The notes under the pieces were generated by a model. It was given only the letters and a program-made list of their open reading frames with translations, made no database searches and was not told the DNA's origin. Shown piece after piece: positions 1-8,929 of a stretch of 64,000 nucleotides of DNA. The translations under genes were made by a program, and so were the position numbers. Within the stretch, counting starts at the first letter, position 1, and each line of letters begins with the position of its first letter. Source of the DNA: Planctomycetota bacterium (GTDB taxonomy: Bacteria; Planctomycetota; JAMOSO01); assembly GCA_027063065.1 (NCBI GenBank), contig JAMOSO010000001.1, positions 9,128 through 73,127 of the forward strand, read 5' to 3'.

Positions 1-454
1 AAGCCTCCGCCTCAATACACGGGGTTAATTTGACTGCACGCTTTAAATACTCAACCTTTTTTTTACGACTATCAACTAAAGACCACCTTAAATACGGATA
101 CCAACTCATCAAAGCCAAACCTGGATAACCACTACCTGCACCTAAATCGACACACCTGTCACCCTCTTCTAAGCTTGCCAATAAAGGATGGCCAACTATC
201 ATCAAAGAGTCTAACAAATGTAGACGTAAATATTCTTGCACTGTTACCAGACGCGTTAAATTAAGCCAACGATTGACACCAACTAAATGACTATATAAAT
301 TATTTATCAATGTATATGCATTATCCATCAAAGGTATTTCTAATTCATTACAACGATTAGTAAACTCAAGCCATAAGTCTTTAGGAATTGTTAATTGAGG
401 TTGATCTGCTGGCTCATAAGAACCCATACCATTTTCTTGAGTTAAATCTGACAT
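1..454 (-). CDS. rsmG: 16S rRNA (guanine527-N7)-methyltransferase RsmG/GidB, C-terminal part cut by window edge
   Basis: Not in ORF track because it runs off the edge. Hand translation of the minus strand from ATG 454-452 gives MSDLTQENGMGSYEP...VNRWLNLTRLVTVQEYLRLHLLDSL...CVDLGAGSGYPGLAL. It carries the NLT and HxLDS motifs and the DxGxGxGxPG SAM-binding motif typical of RsmG. Confidence 0.8.
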   Translation of the reverse strand, partial: MSDLTQENGMGSYEPADQPQLTIPKDLWLEFTNRCNELEIPLMDNAYTLINNLYSHLVGVNRWLNLTRLVTVQEYLRLHLLDSLMIVGHPLLASLEEGDRCVDLGAGSGYPGLALMSWYPYLRWSLVDSRKKKVEYLKRAVKLTPCIEAEA

Positions 455-462
455 ATTTTTAC

Positions 463-1350
463 CTAATTTGTAGCGCAAACAACTTTATTACGCCCTGTTT
501 CTTTTGCTTTATACAGAGCCGCATCTAAACGCTCTAAAAAATCATTGATTGTTTCTTTTTGCAAGTATTGTGCCACTCCACAACTAATCGTGATAGGCAA
601 AGTATTGCCGTCACATTCAAACGGTTGCGACCTAGTAATTTCTAATAAGCGATTACCCACTTCTGTTGCGCCTTTTAAAGTTGTCTCTGGTAATAATGCT
701 ATAAATTCTTCACCGCCTAAACGATATAGCATATCGCTATTTCTAAATAAAGATGACATACGTTTACACATCTCTTTTATAACACAATCACCTATCACAT
801 GACCGTAGATATCATTGACATTTTTAAATTTATCTATATCAATCATCACCATAGATAGATTATTTCCATAACGTTGGCATCGATGTAACTCTCTTTCAAA
901 GTCTTCATCAAAACGACCTCGGTTATAAAAGCCGGTTAAAGCATCACGGTTGCTTTTTTCTTTTAATTTTAATTTGATTTCATATTCTGATATTAGGCGT
1001 TTAGATCGCATTAATAATTCTTGCAGTTTATAAGGCTTTGATAAGTAATCATGTACACCGTCTCTAAAAGCTTCTGTTAAATCGTGTTCATCGTTACGAG
1101 CCGTCAACATCAAAAATGGAATATCTGCAAAACGCTCATCTGCTGTTTTTTTGCGAAGTAACTCAATCCCTGTCATATTGGGCATCATCCAGTCTGATAT
1201 AATTAGCTCTACCTTATTATTTTGTAAAATATCCCATGCGATTTGCCCATCCGCAGCACCCATCACTGAATAGCCTAATTTTTTTAAGCTATGAACTAAT
1301 ATAGTTCTTAAAGACTCTTCGTCTTCCGCTATCAATATTAAACTACTCAT
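463..1350 (-). CDS. Response regulator with GGDEF output domain (diguanylate cyclase, PleD/WspR-like)
   Basis: 295-aa ORF. N-terminal receiver domain (LIAEDEE, ISDWMMPNMTG, SKPY). GGDEF domain with intact GGEEF active site and an RNSD (RxxD) I-site five residues upstream. Confidence 0.9.
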   Translation of the reverse strand: MSSLILIAEDEESLRTILVHSLKKLGYSVMGAADGQIAWDILQNNKVELIISDWMMPNMTGIELLRKKTADERFADIPFLMLTARNDEHDLTEAFRDGVHDYLSKPYKLQELLMRSKRLISEYEIKLKLKEKSNRDALTGFYNRGRFDEDFERELHRCQRYGNNLSMVMIDIDKFKNVNDIYGHVIGDCVIKEMCKRMSSLFRNSDMLYRLGGEEFIALLPETTLKGATEVGNRLLEITRSQPFECDGNTLPITISCGVAQYLQKETINDFLERLDAALYKAKETGRNKVVCATN

Positions 1351-1359
1351 ACACAGCCC

Positions 1360-1914
1360 CTAATCAACTTTATTTAAAAATCCAAAAACAACACCTAAGA
1401 TACCACCCGCTATATGCGCCATATGAGAGATGTTATCGTTTTCATTACCTACCACCATAAACTCTTTACCTAAGTAGGCTATCACTACAAATATCATTGT
1501 CAAAGGTAATTTACCAGCTTTACGATTAGTAAACGAGCTTAAGGTAATAAACATAAACACTATTCCGCTTGCACCTAACAATAAACCTGTAAATAAAAAC
1601 GCATGTAATAAGCCTGTAACTAAAGCCGTTACTAACATCATAATTATTAAACGCCAAAAACCGTATTTTTCTTCTAACAATGGGCCAATTAACATCAACA
1701 ATAATATATTGCCACTTAAATGCTGTAAATCATAATGCCCCAACACATGCGAAAACAACCTAAAATAGCTCCAAAAATCTTGAAAATCCATTCTATCCGC
1801 AACAGTAAACTTTAAAGATACCACCTCACCAAAAATACCTGCACCAAGTATAAAAACTATCAAAGACGCTATAGAAAAAGTCAATACAACTGGAGAATTA
1901 TAACTTAATCTCAT
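1360..1914 (-). CDS. Rhomboid-family intramembrane serine protease
   Basis: ORF 1360-1977. Preferred start is ATG 1914 (MRLSYNSP...), which overlaps the upstream stop as ATGA. Multi-TM protein with GASGIVF (GxSG) and HIAGGILG catalytic Ser/His motifs. Confidence 0.8.
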   Translation of the reverse strand: MRLSYNSPVVLTFSIASLIVFILGAGIFGEVVSLKFTVADRMDFQDFWSYFRLFSHVLGHYDLQHLSGNILLLMLIGPLLEEKYGFWRLIIMMLVTALVTGLLHAFLFTGLLLGASGIVFMFITLSSFTNRKAGKLPLTMIFVVIAYLGKEFMVVGNENDNISHMAHIAGGILGVVFGFLNKVD

Positions 1915-2675
1915 TTGCTCATCTCTTCTATACTTAACACTTTGCCTTTGGGCAATAATTCTCCAGAAGCAGTCCAAGCTCTATAAGCATTTTTTTCTTT
2001 AGAATGATCTATTTCTTCCATAACTTGACCTGTTTTATAAAAACTGCGACTAATGCCAATTAATTTATCATCTTTATATTCTTGTTTGGATGCCAACTGC
2101 CCTGTTTGATAATACATTTTAAAAATACCATTTCGCTTATTATTTTTATAATATATTTCAGATTCTAACCTAGCTTTTTTATCATACCAAGTACTAGCTA
2201 CACCTTCTTTTTTACCTTTTTTATATGAAGTTTGGGCTTTTATATTTCCAGATGGATAATATTCTTGATGTATTCCATCAAGCTTACCTTTAATCCAATT
2301 TCTTTTGTCTGCTATTTTGCCGTCACTAAAATACTGAATACCCTCACCATGAGAGCGACCGTCTTTATAGTGATAACGGGCAAATATTTCACCCGTACGC
2401 AAATACACAACTGTTTCACCATTTAATTTACCATCGACCCAATTTTCAATACATAACAATGGGCCTTGTTTAAAATCTTTGGGAGATTTTGGCTTACCTT
2501 CAAAAACATTAAAATAATATTTAGCTACACCATTTTTTTTGCCGTCACGATATGTATATACAGCCTGTACATACTCACCACCACGTTTTAAAATACGACT
2601 TTGACGTCCTGTTTTATCCCCACAAGACACTAAAACTAAAACCAAAATAAAAAGACATAATTTATACGGTTTCAT
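1911..2675 (-). CDS. MORN-variant (YwqK-like) repeat lipoprotein
   Basis: ORF 1911-2729. Preferred start ATG 2675 gives the lipoprotein signal MKPYKLCLFILVLVLVSCG. The body consists of repeated Y-x-x-G-x-x-x-G-x-x-x-x-Y units (e.g. YYPSGNIKAQTSYKKGKKEGVASTWY). Confidence 0.7.
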   Translation of the reverse strand: MKPYKLCLFILVLVLVSCGDKTGRQSRILKRGGEYVQAVYTYRDGKKNGVAKYYFNVFEGKPKSPKDFKQGPLLCIENWVDGKLNGETVVYLRTGEIFARYHYKDGRSHGEGIQYFSDGKIADKRNWIKGKLDGIHQEYYPSGNIKAQTSYKKGKKEGVASTWYDKKARLESEIYYKNNKRNGIFKMYYQTGQLASKQEYKDDKLIGISRSFYKTGQVMEEIDHSKEKNAYRAWTASGELLPKGKVLSIEEMSK

Positions 2676-2964
2676 TTGCGATAACCTCTGCCGCTTGTAG
2701 CATTTCTTGCAATTCTTGGTGCGCCGCATAAATACGCAGACTTTCTGCCAAATTAACTAATTTTTGACCAAGCTGTTTTTTGTCATCATTACACGGTGGA
2801 TTGGCAACGTCTAAACTAGATATAGACAATTCTAAATGGGCATCTGTATCTCTTTTGCGTAGTTGACTTAAAAAAAACTGTCGCTCTTGATCAGTTAAAA
2901 AGCGAAATAACTGTTCTTTACCATTTTTGGCAATCTTAACTAAATAAATATACTTATGAGCCAT
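2662..2964 (-). CDS. Hypothetical protein (100 aa)
   Basis: ORF packed between manA (stop 2966) and the MORN gene (14-nt overlap). I recognise no motif. Support is only operon packing and ORF length in an AT-rich genome. Confidence 0.4.
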   Translation of the reverse strand: MAHKYIYLVKIAKNGKEQLFRFLTDQERQFFLSQLRKRDTDAHLELSISSLDVANPPCNDDKKQLGQKLVNLAESLRIYAAHQELQEMLQAAEVIANETV

Positions 2965-2965
2965 A

Positions 2966-3958
2966 TCATACTGGGGCAGAAAGCAATACCTCTAAAGAAC
3001 CATGCAGGCTATATTTATTTAAACTGGCAGGAATTAATAAAGTCATACCTTTTTGTAAATCAATATTATTATCGCACCATCTCAATTGACCTTCACCTGC
3101 TACTATCATTAAGACTTGTACCTCGTCATCAGTGCTTAACTCTACACTAGCTTTATTAGGCGTAGTCAAAGATAATTTATCAACCCAAAACTTATCACAC
3201 TTGTTTAATCTAAACCGCTCAGCACCATCACAAGGCATTGCCAATGGGACTTCGATACGATTGTTACTTTTAGATAAATCCGCCACTGCTAATGTTTTAT
3301 CTATGTGTAATTCTCGTGTTTTACCGTCTAATCCCTTGCGATTGTAATCATATACACGATATGTAGTATCAGAATTTTGTTGTATCTCAGCTATTACTGT
3401 ACCACTACAAATAGCGTGAATAGTACCAGCTGGTAAAAATAAAAAATCCCCTGTTTTGACAGGAAACTCATCCAACACATCCATAACTTTACCATCAACT
3501 ATGGCTTGTTTAAATTGCTCTTTAGTTAAATCTTGATTAACACCTTTAATAATAGTGGCATTATCTTTAGCGTACAAAACATACCAACACTCTGTTTTAC
3601 CTAATTCATTTACCTCTAATTCACCAGCTTGTTGATCATTGGGGTGTACTTGCACAGATAAATTTTCACGGGCATCTAAAAATTTAACCAATAAAGGAAA
3701 TTTATCAGCATATTTTGCCGCCAATTTTTGACCCATTAATTCAACTTTATAGTCAGTAAAAATTTTATGTAAACTGTTACCCGCCAATTTGCCATTGGCA
3801 ATAATACTGCTGTCTAAGCCGTGGTCGCTTACTTCCCAAGACTCACCGATAGTTTCGCCAATGGCAATATTTTTACCTAATAATGAACCCATGGCATCAC
3901 CGCCCCAGATTTTTTCTTTAAGTGTTTCTTTAAATATTAAAGGATATAATGCGCTCAT
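2966..3958 (-). CDS. manA: Mannose-6-phosphate isomerase, class I
   Basis: 330 aa with LSVQVHPND, ECWYVL and GDFLFLPAGTIHA cupin motifs characteristic of type I phosphomannose isomerase. Confidence 0.85.
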   Translation of the reverse strand: MSALYPLIFKETLKEKIWGGDAMGSLLGKNIAIGETIGESWEVSDHGLDSSIIANGKLAGNSLHKIFTDYKVELMGQKLAAKYADKFPLLVKFLDARENLSVQVHPNDQQAGELEVNELGKTECWYVLYAKDNATIIKGVNQDLTKEQFKQAIVDGKVMDVLDEFPVKTGDFLFLPAGTIHAICSGTVIAEIQQNSDTTYRVYDYNRKGLDGKTRELHIDKTLAVADLSKSNNRIEVPLAMPCDGAERFRLNKCDKFWVDKLSLTTPNKASVELSTDDEVQVLMIVAGEGQLRWCDNNIDLQKGMTLLIPASLNKYSLHGSLEVLLSAPV

Positions 3959-4008
3959 GTTTTACTCGTATAAAATATAATAATAATATATAATAATATT
4001 AGTATAAA

Positions 4009-4041
4009 TAAAAAAAGAGAAGGCAAGCCTTCTCTTTTTTT
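4009..4041 (-). terminator. Rho-independent terminator after rpmH (symmetrical A-run/T-run, potentially bidirectional)
   Basis: Perfect 8-bp stem gagaaggc (4017-4024) / gccttctc (4027-4034), flanked by an A-run (4009-4016) and a T-run (4035-4041). It lies 18 nt downstream of the rpmH stop on the minus strand. Confidence 0.6.
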
Positions 4042-4058
4042 ATTTAATCTTGTAATGT

Positions 4059-4217
4059 CTACTTTCCGCGTTCTTGATCGCTAACGCTTAAACGTTTGCA
4101 ACCTTTAGCACGACGACGATTTATAATCTTACGACCACTTTTAGTAGCCATACGATGACGAAATCCGTGTCTGCGTAGTCGACGGCGAGTTTTTACTTTT
4201 CCACCTACTCCAGCCAT
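4059..4217 (-). CDS. rpmH: 50S ribosomal protein L34
   Basis: Too short for the ORF track. Hand translation gives [52 protein letters not shown] (52 aa). The HGFRxRMATKxGRKxxxRRRxKGRKRLxV core is the L34 signature. Confidence 0.9.
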   Translation of the reverse strand: MAGVGGKVKTRRRLRRHGFRHRMATKSGRKIINRRRAKGCKRLSVSDQERGK

Positions 4218-4286
4218 ATTTATCTCCTAGTACAGTTATTCTTATAAAGAGCGAGAAATCATACAGGTTTAAACCATAATGTCAAT

Positions 4287-5000
4287 TTATTCTGGCGCAC
4301 CTATTGAAAAAAGCATTTCCAAATCTGTCGGAGCACCCTCTAAACCAAGGTGCTTAGCCAATTTAGTATTATACATATCTGCAAATTCTGCTTTTTTTGA
4401 TAATTTATCTGAAAATTTAGTATATTTAGTATCACTATCATCACTGCCCGGCTGTTTTACACGTCCACCTTGCACGCGTACACTAGGGCTGGTAGGACGC
4501 CTAGGCACACCCTCTGAATAATGTCTAGCCGGATGCTTTTTTACCCATTTAAAAAAATTTTTATGTGCTTTTTTTTCTGTCTTAGGCAATTTATCACCCT
4601 GTTCTGCTGCCCAAGCTTCATATTCATTAGCTATCAATTGCTCTTCTAAGTATTTTTTATAATCACTACGACTTGCATCTGGATGTTCAGCTTTCCAAGC
4701 TTTTTCAGCCTCTTTTTTTGCTAATTTTTGCTCTGCTAACCAAGTTTTATAAGCTTTACTAGCTGTATTATATGCAGACAACGCCTCTTTATATTGATCT
4801 TTAAGATTTTTATTAATCGCTTTGATAATTTTAGGTGCTTCACTAGGCTTATTAAAAATAATAGATCCATAGGCTATAAAACCATGGCAATCTTTAATCA
4901 ATAACATTTGCTCATAGGTTTTGTCTTCGTCCTTTTTAGCCTGCAAATCACTCATACCTAAAAACAACAAAAAACACATAAGCAAGCGTATATACTTCAT
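4287..5000 (-). CDS. Secreted lysine-rich hypothetical protein
   Basis: 237 aa. N-terminal signal peptide MKYIRLLMCFLLFLGMSDLQA. The remainder is K/E/A-rich and predicted helical. No recognisable family. Confidence 0.55.
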   Translation of the reverse strand: MKYIRLLMCFLLFLGMSDLQAKKDEDKTYEQMLLIKDCHGFIAYGSIIFNKPSEAPKIIKAINKNLKDQYKEALSAYNTASKAYKTWLAEQKLAKKEAEKAWKAEHPDASRSDYKKYLEEQLIANEYEAWAAEQGDKLPKTEKKAHKNFFKWVKKHPARHYSEGVPRRPTSPSVRVQGGRVKQPGSDDSDTKYTKFSDKLSKKAEFADMYNTKLAKHLGLEGAPTDLEMLFSIGAPE

Positions 5001-5100
5001 TTAATAATCCTTTATAATTAAACTATTAATAAACAAGTTTAAGGATACACCTTATTTTGGCAAGTTTATTGAAGATTTAACAATCTATCAGACATATTTT

Positions 5101-5128
5101 TTGACAAATTATACCAATACTCTATAAC
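5101..5128 (+). promoter_or_regulatory. Sigma70-type promoter candidate for the histidine kinase operon
   Basis: TTGACA (5101-5106), 16-nt spacer, TATAAC (5123-5128). The ATG at 5137 lies only 8 nt after the -10 element, and no Shine-Dalgarno sequence is present. Confidence 0.45.
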
Positions 5129-5136
5129 TTTTATAT

Positions 5137-6246
5137 ATGCAAACATCTACTATACAAAATATTGCCACTCCCATAGAAACGTGGGTAAACCCTAACCACA
5201 CCATTCAACAGGGATGCAGTGCCATACAAAATCAAAAATCTCATGTAATTTTACTGGGCAAGCCCAATGCTCCTATGGGGATTGTATCCGCTGGAGATGT
5301 AGTAAATGCAATAGCAAACAACATTGATATTGCCAACACTCCATTAAGTGAAATTGCCACCACAAACATTGCTACCATAAACGAAAATTCTAGTTTAACA
5401 GAATGTTTAAAAATGTTTCAAGAAACACACGTACGCTGCATTTTTGTAACGCACAACAATAATATTACGTCTATTATTTCTAAAAATATTATTTTATCTA
5501 AACATTCTGAAATTTTAGATTTAGCCATTGCCGAAGCAACCGCCAAGTTACAAGAAACTGCCGATAACCGCGATGAATTACTAGGCACAGCCGCCCATGA
5601 TATTCGCAATCCATTAGGGGTCATCTTAGCGTGGTGCGAGTTATTTGAAGACATTTTTGACGATCAAATCAGCCTTGAAATAAGCGAAGGCCTAGAAACT
5701 ATTAAAAAACAAGCTACACATATTTTAGAAATTTTAAACCAATTCTTAGATGTGTCCAAAATAGAATCTGGCAAAGTACACTTACATATTACAGAATTTG
5801 ATCCCGCCGAAATCATTTTAAGTGCGTATAAATCTAATTTAATTAGAGCGCAAAAAAAGATGATCCCCTTAGAAAATGACGCACCGTTAACTATGCCATT
5901 AATTAAAGGTGATAGAGACAGAATCCAGTCAACCATTTATAAACTAATTCAAAATGCTATTAAATATTCCAAAGCTGGAGAACTTATACGCATTAAAGCT
6001 TATAACGAAGAAGATAAGTTAAAAATAGAAATTATAGACAGCGGTCAAGGCATTCCACTAGAAGAGCAAGAGCGTATTTTTACCGCATTTGCCAAAACAT
6101 CAACACGCCCAACTGCCGGAGAAACAAGCACTGGTTTAGGGTTAGCAATTGCCAAAAAAATTATTGAAATACATCAAGGCAAATTAAAATTAACAAGTGA
6201 GCCTGGCAAAGGCAGTATTTTCACCATTGAATTACCTAATTCATAA
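5137..6246 (+). CDS. Cytoplasmic sensor histidine kinase with N-terminal CBS-like domain
   Basis: 369 aa, no TM segment. H-box AAHDIRNPL. HATPase_c N, G1 and G2 boxes (IQNAIKYS, DSGQGIP, GLGLAIAKKI). The N-terminal ~110 aa resembles a CBS module. Confidence 0.85.
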   Translation: MQTSTIQNIATPIETWVNPNHTIQQGCSAIQNQKSHVILLGKPNAPMGIVSAGDVVNAIANNIDIANTPLSEIATTNIATINENSSLTECLKMFQETHVRCIFVTHNNNITSIISKNIILSKHSEILDLAIAEATAKLQETADNRDELLGTAAHDIRNPLGVILAWCELFEDIFDDQISLEISEGLETIKKQATHILEILNQFLDVSKIESGKVHLHITEFDPAEIILSAYKSNLIRAQKKMIPLENDAPLTMPLIKGDRDRIQSTIYKLIQNAIKYSKAGELIRIKAYNEEDKLKIEIIDSGQGIPLEEQERIFTAFAKTSTRPTAGETSTGLGLAIAKKIIEIHQGKLKLTSEPGKGSIFTIELPNS

Positions 6247-6255
6247 GAGATTATC

Positions 6256-6624
6256 ATGCAAACTATTTATTTACTTGAAGACAATCCCATTATTAGCAAA
6301 GTCATAGATAAACACTTTGGCAAAGCTGGATATAACTGCACTGTATTCAACCGTGGCGACTTATTAAAAAATACGTTAGCCACTAATACCCCAGATGTAA
6401 TGATATGCGACATTATGGTGCCTGGATTAACGGGCTTAGATATAGCCAGATATTGCAAAAGCACCAAACACTTGGCTAAAGTTCCAATAGTAATTTTAAC
6501 AGCGATGACCGATCAAAAATACCGCCACGAAGCCAAGGAAATTGGTGTAGATATGTATATGACAAAAGACAATTTAGTATTAGCAAAACTTGTAGAAGAT
6601 ATAAGCCAATTAATAGCCAAATGA
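6256..6624 (+). CDS. Single-domain response regulator (CheY-like receiver)
   Basis: 122 aa. LLEDN, CDIMVPGLTG (phospho-acceptor Asp) and a conserved Lys (YMTKD). Confidence 0.85.
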   Translation: MQTIYLLEDNPIISKVIDKHFGKAGYNCTVFNRGDLLKNTLATNTPDVMICDIMVPGLTGLDIARYCKSTKHLAKVPIVILTAMTDQKYRHEAKEIGVDMYMTKDNLVLAKLVEDISQLIAK

Positions 6625-7664
6625 TTAGAGAAACCATAAAAAAATTAGCTGGATATACACCTGGCGAACAACCTAATCCTGCAACGCATACCATTAAATT
6701 AAATACCAACGAAAACCCATACCCGCCCACTCCAGCAGTTAGCAATATTTTAAAAAATATACATCCAGATATTTTAAAAATATACCCACCTGCCGATGCT
6801 ATAAGCGTGCGTGAAGCTACAGCTAAACTATTAAATATAAACCCTGAAGAAGTAATTGTTGGCAACGGTAGCGATGACATTTTAACAATGGTACACCGAT
6901 TAAGTTTAGAACAAGGGACAAACTCTTGTGCTATGGCTCCTACATATACTCTGTATAGAACACTGGCCAAATTACAAGGGGCAGAACTTAATGAGCTAGA
7001 TTTTGCACCTGATTATAAAATCAGTCAGGAGTTTTTACAAAACAATGCGCCTTTAAAATTATTACCAAACCCCAACGCGCCTACAGGAACTTTAATTAAC
7101 AAAGAGGATATTAAAAAACTATGTGAACTTAGCCAAGGTATTGTAGTCATTGATGAAGCATATATCGACTTTGCTCCAGACAATGCCAGTGCTGTGGATT
7201 TAATTAATCAATATTCAAATTTATTAATTTGTCGCACCTTATCCAAATCATACTCATTAGCTGGGTTGCGTTTAGGCTTGGGTATTGCCAATGCAGAATT
7301 AATATCTCAAATGCATAAAATTAGAGATAGTTATAATGTAGATATTATATCGCAATTAATAGCAACAGAAGCTTTAAACGATAGCGCTTGGATGAAAACA
7401 AATGCTAAAAAAATTATAAAAACACGTATGTTTTTAGATGAAGAACTCACTAAAAGAAATTGGCAAACAATTAAATCGCACACAAATTTTATCTTCTGCC
7501 AACCACCCAAAAACATATCGGCCAACCTTGTATATAAGCACTTAAAAAGTCAAAATATTTTGGTTAGGCATTTTAAAGATAATAATATCAAAAATTTTAT
7601 CCGTATTTCTATCGGCAGCGATGATGAATGTCGCAGTTTACTTACCGCCATAGATAGTCTATAA
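6621..7664 (+). CDS. hisC: Histidinol-phosphate aminotransferase
   Basis: 347 aa. [10 protein letters not shown] near the N-terminus and [15 protein letters not shown] (PLP lysine) are HisC hallmarks. The start overlaps the response regulator stop (ATGA). Confidence 0.85.
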   Translation: MIRETIKKLAGYTPGEQPNPATHTIKLNTNENPYPPTPAVSNILKNIHPDILKIYPPADAISVREATAKLLNINPEEVIVGNGSDDILTMVHRLSLEQGTNSCAMAPTYTLYRTLAKLQGAELNELDFAPDYKISQEFLQNNAPLKLLPNPNAPTGTLINKEDIKKLCELSQGIVVIDEAYIDFAPDNASAVDLINQYSNLLICRTLSKSYSLAGLRLGLGIANAELISQMHKIRDSYNVDIISQLIATEALNDSAWMKTNAKKIIKTRMFLDEELTKRNWQTIKSHTNFIFCQPPKNISANLVYKHLKSQNILVRHFKDNNIKNFIRISIGSDDECRSLLTAIDSL

Positions 7665-7680
7665 ATCTGGAGTTGTAACC

Positions 7681-8865
7681 ATGAATAACAAAGCCTACTT
7701 TGGTGATTTTGGTGGACAATTTGTCCCTGAAACCCTAATGACTGCACTTACTGAATTAGAAAATTCTTTTAATGACGCTTGGAAAGATGCAAACTTTAAA
7801 AAAGAATTTAATACCATATTACAAGAATATGCCTCTCGCCCTTCGTTATTATATAAAGCAGAAAAATTAAGCAAAAACTGGGGAGCCGAGGTATACTTAA
7901 AACGCGAAGACCTAAATCATACTGGAGCTCATAAAATCAACAATACCCTAGGGCAAATTTTACTTGCCAAACGAATGGGCAAGAAAAAAATCATAGCCGA
8001 AACAGGGGCTGGACAACACGGCGTAGCCACAGCAACAGTATGTGCTTTATTTAATATGCAATGCACTATCTATATGGGTAAAGAAGACACAGAAAGACAG
8101 GCTTTAAATGTGTTTCGTATGGAATTAATGGGCGCTAAAGTTGTACCTGTTACCAGTGGTTCTATGACATTAAAAGATGCCTGTAGCGAAGCTTTACGCG
8201 CATGGGTTGCCAACGTCAAAGACACTTACTATATATTAGGCTCTGTTACTGGACCTCACCCATATCCAAAAATGGTACGTGAATTTCAAACAGTAATAGG
8301 CAAAGAAACCAAAAAACAAATTAAAAAAGTCGAAGGGCGTTTGCCAGATGCTATTATAGCCTGTGTAGGTGGTGGCTCAAATGCGATGGGAATATTTCAT
8401 CCTTTTATTAAAGATACAAATGTAGAACTTATCGGAGTAGAAGCCGCTGGTTTTGGTATTAAAACTGGCAAACATGCCGCCAGTTTAAAACACGGTAAAA
8501 AAGGTGTATTTCAAGGAGCTTTAGCCTATGTTTTACAAGACGCAAATGGTCAAATCACTCCTGCGCATTCTATTTCTGCAGGCTTAGATTATCCTGGCAG
8601 TGGACCTGAACACAGTTTTTTAGCACATAACAAACGGGCGCGTTACGAGTCTATCCGCGATGACGAAGCTGTTGCTGCTTTTTGTGAAGTAAGTAAACTA
8701 GAGGGGATTATTCCTGCCCTTGAAAGTTCTCATGCTTTGGCATACGCTAAAAAATATTGTCGTAAAAACAAAGGCAAATTAATAGTTGTTAATTTATCTG
8801 GACGTGGCGACAAAGATGTTGAACAAATAAAAACATATTTAGAAAATCAAAATCATAAAAAATAA
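7681..8865 (+). CDS. trpB: Tryptophan synthase beta chain
   Basis: 394 aa. [11 protein letters not shown] (PLP lysine), [10 protein letters not shown] and GGGSNAMG motifs. Confidence 0.92.
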   Translation: MNNKAYFGDFGGQFVPETLMTALTELENSFNDAWKDANFKKEFNTILQEYASRPSLLYKAEKLSKNWGAEVYLKREDLNHTGAHKINNTLGQILLAKRMGKKKIIAETGAGQHGVATATVCALFNMQCTIYMGKEDTERQALNVFRMELMGAKVVPVTSGSMTLKDACSEALRAWVANVKDTYYILGSVTGPHPYPKMVREFQTVIGKETKKQIKKVEGRLPDAIIACVGGGSNAMGIFHPFIKDTNVELIGVEAAGFGIKTGKHAASLKHGKKGVFQGALAYVLQDANGQITPAHSISAGLDYPGSGPEHSFLAHNKRARYESIRDDEAVAAFCEVSKLEGIIPALESSHALAYAKKYCRKNKGKLIVVNLSGRGDKDVEQIKTYLENQNHKK

Positions 8866-8875
8866 TGACTTTATG

Positions 8876-8929
8876 ATAACTATTTTAGACAAAAATAATG
8901 TTTAATATTATCTTGTCTAAAATAGTTAT
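8876..8929. repeat. 17-bp perfect inverted repeat whose loop contains the comEC start codon
   Basis: ataactattttagacaa (8876-8892) and ttgtctaaaatagttat (8913-8929) are exact reverse complements. The 20-nt loop holds the ATG at 8898. A T-rich tract follows. Confidence 0.6.

Noticed and set aside
6476-6970. 164-aa minus-strand ORF overlapping the response regulator and hisC
   Set aside because: It is antisense to two genes with clear family motifs and straddles their junction. It has no SD and no recognisable domain. The same reasoning applies to 5418-5654, 5664-5936 and 6267-6467.
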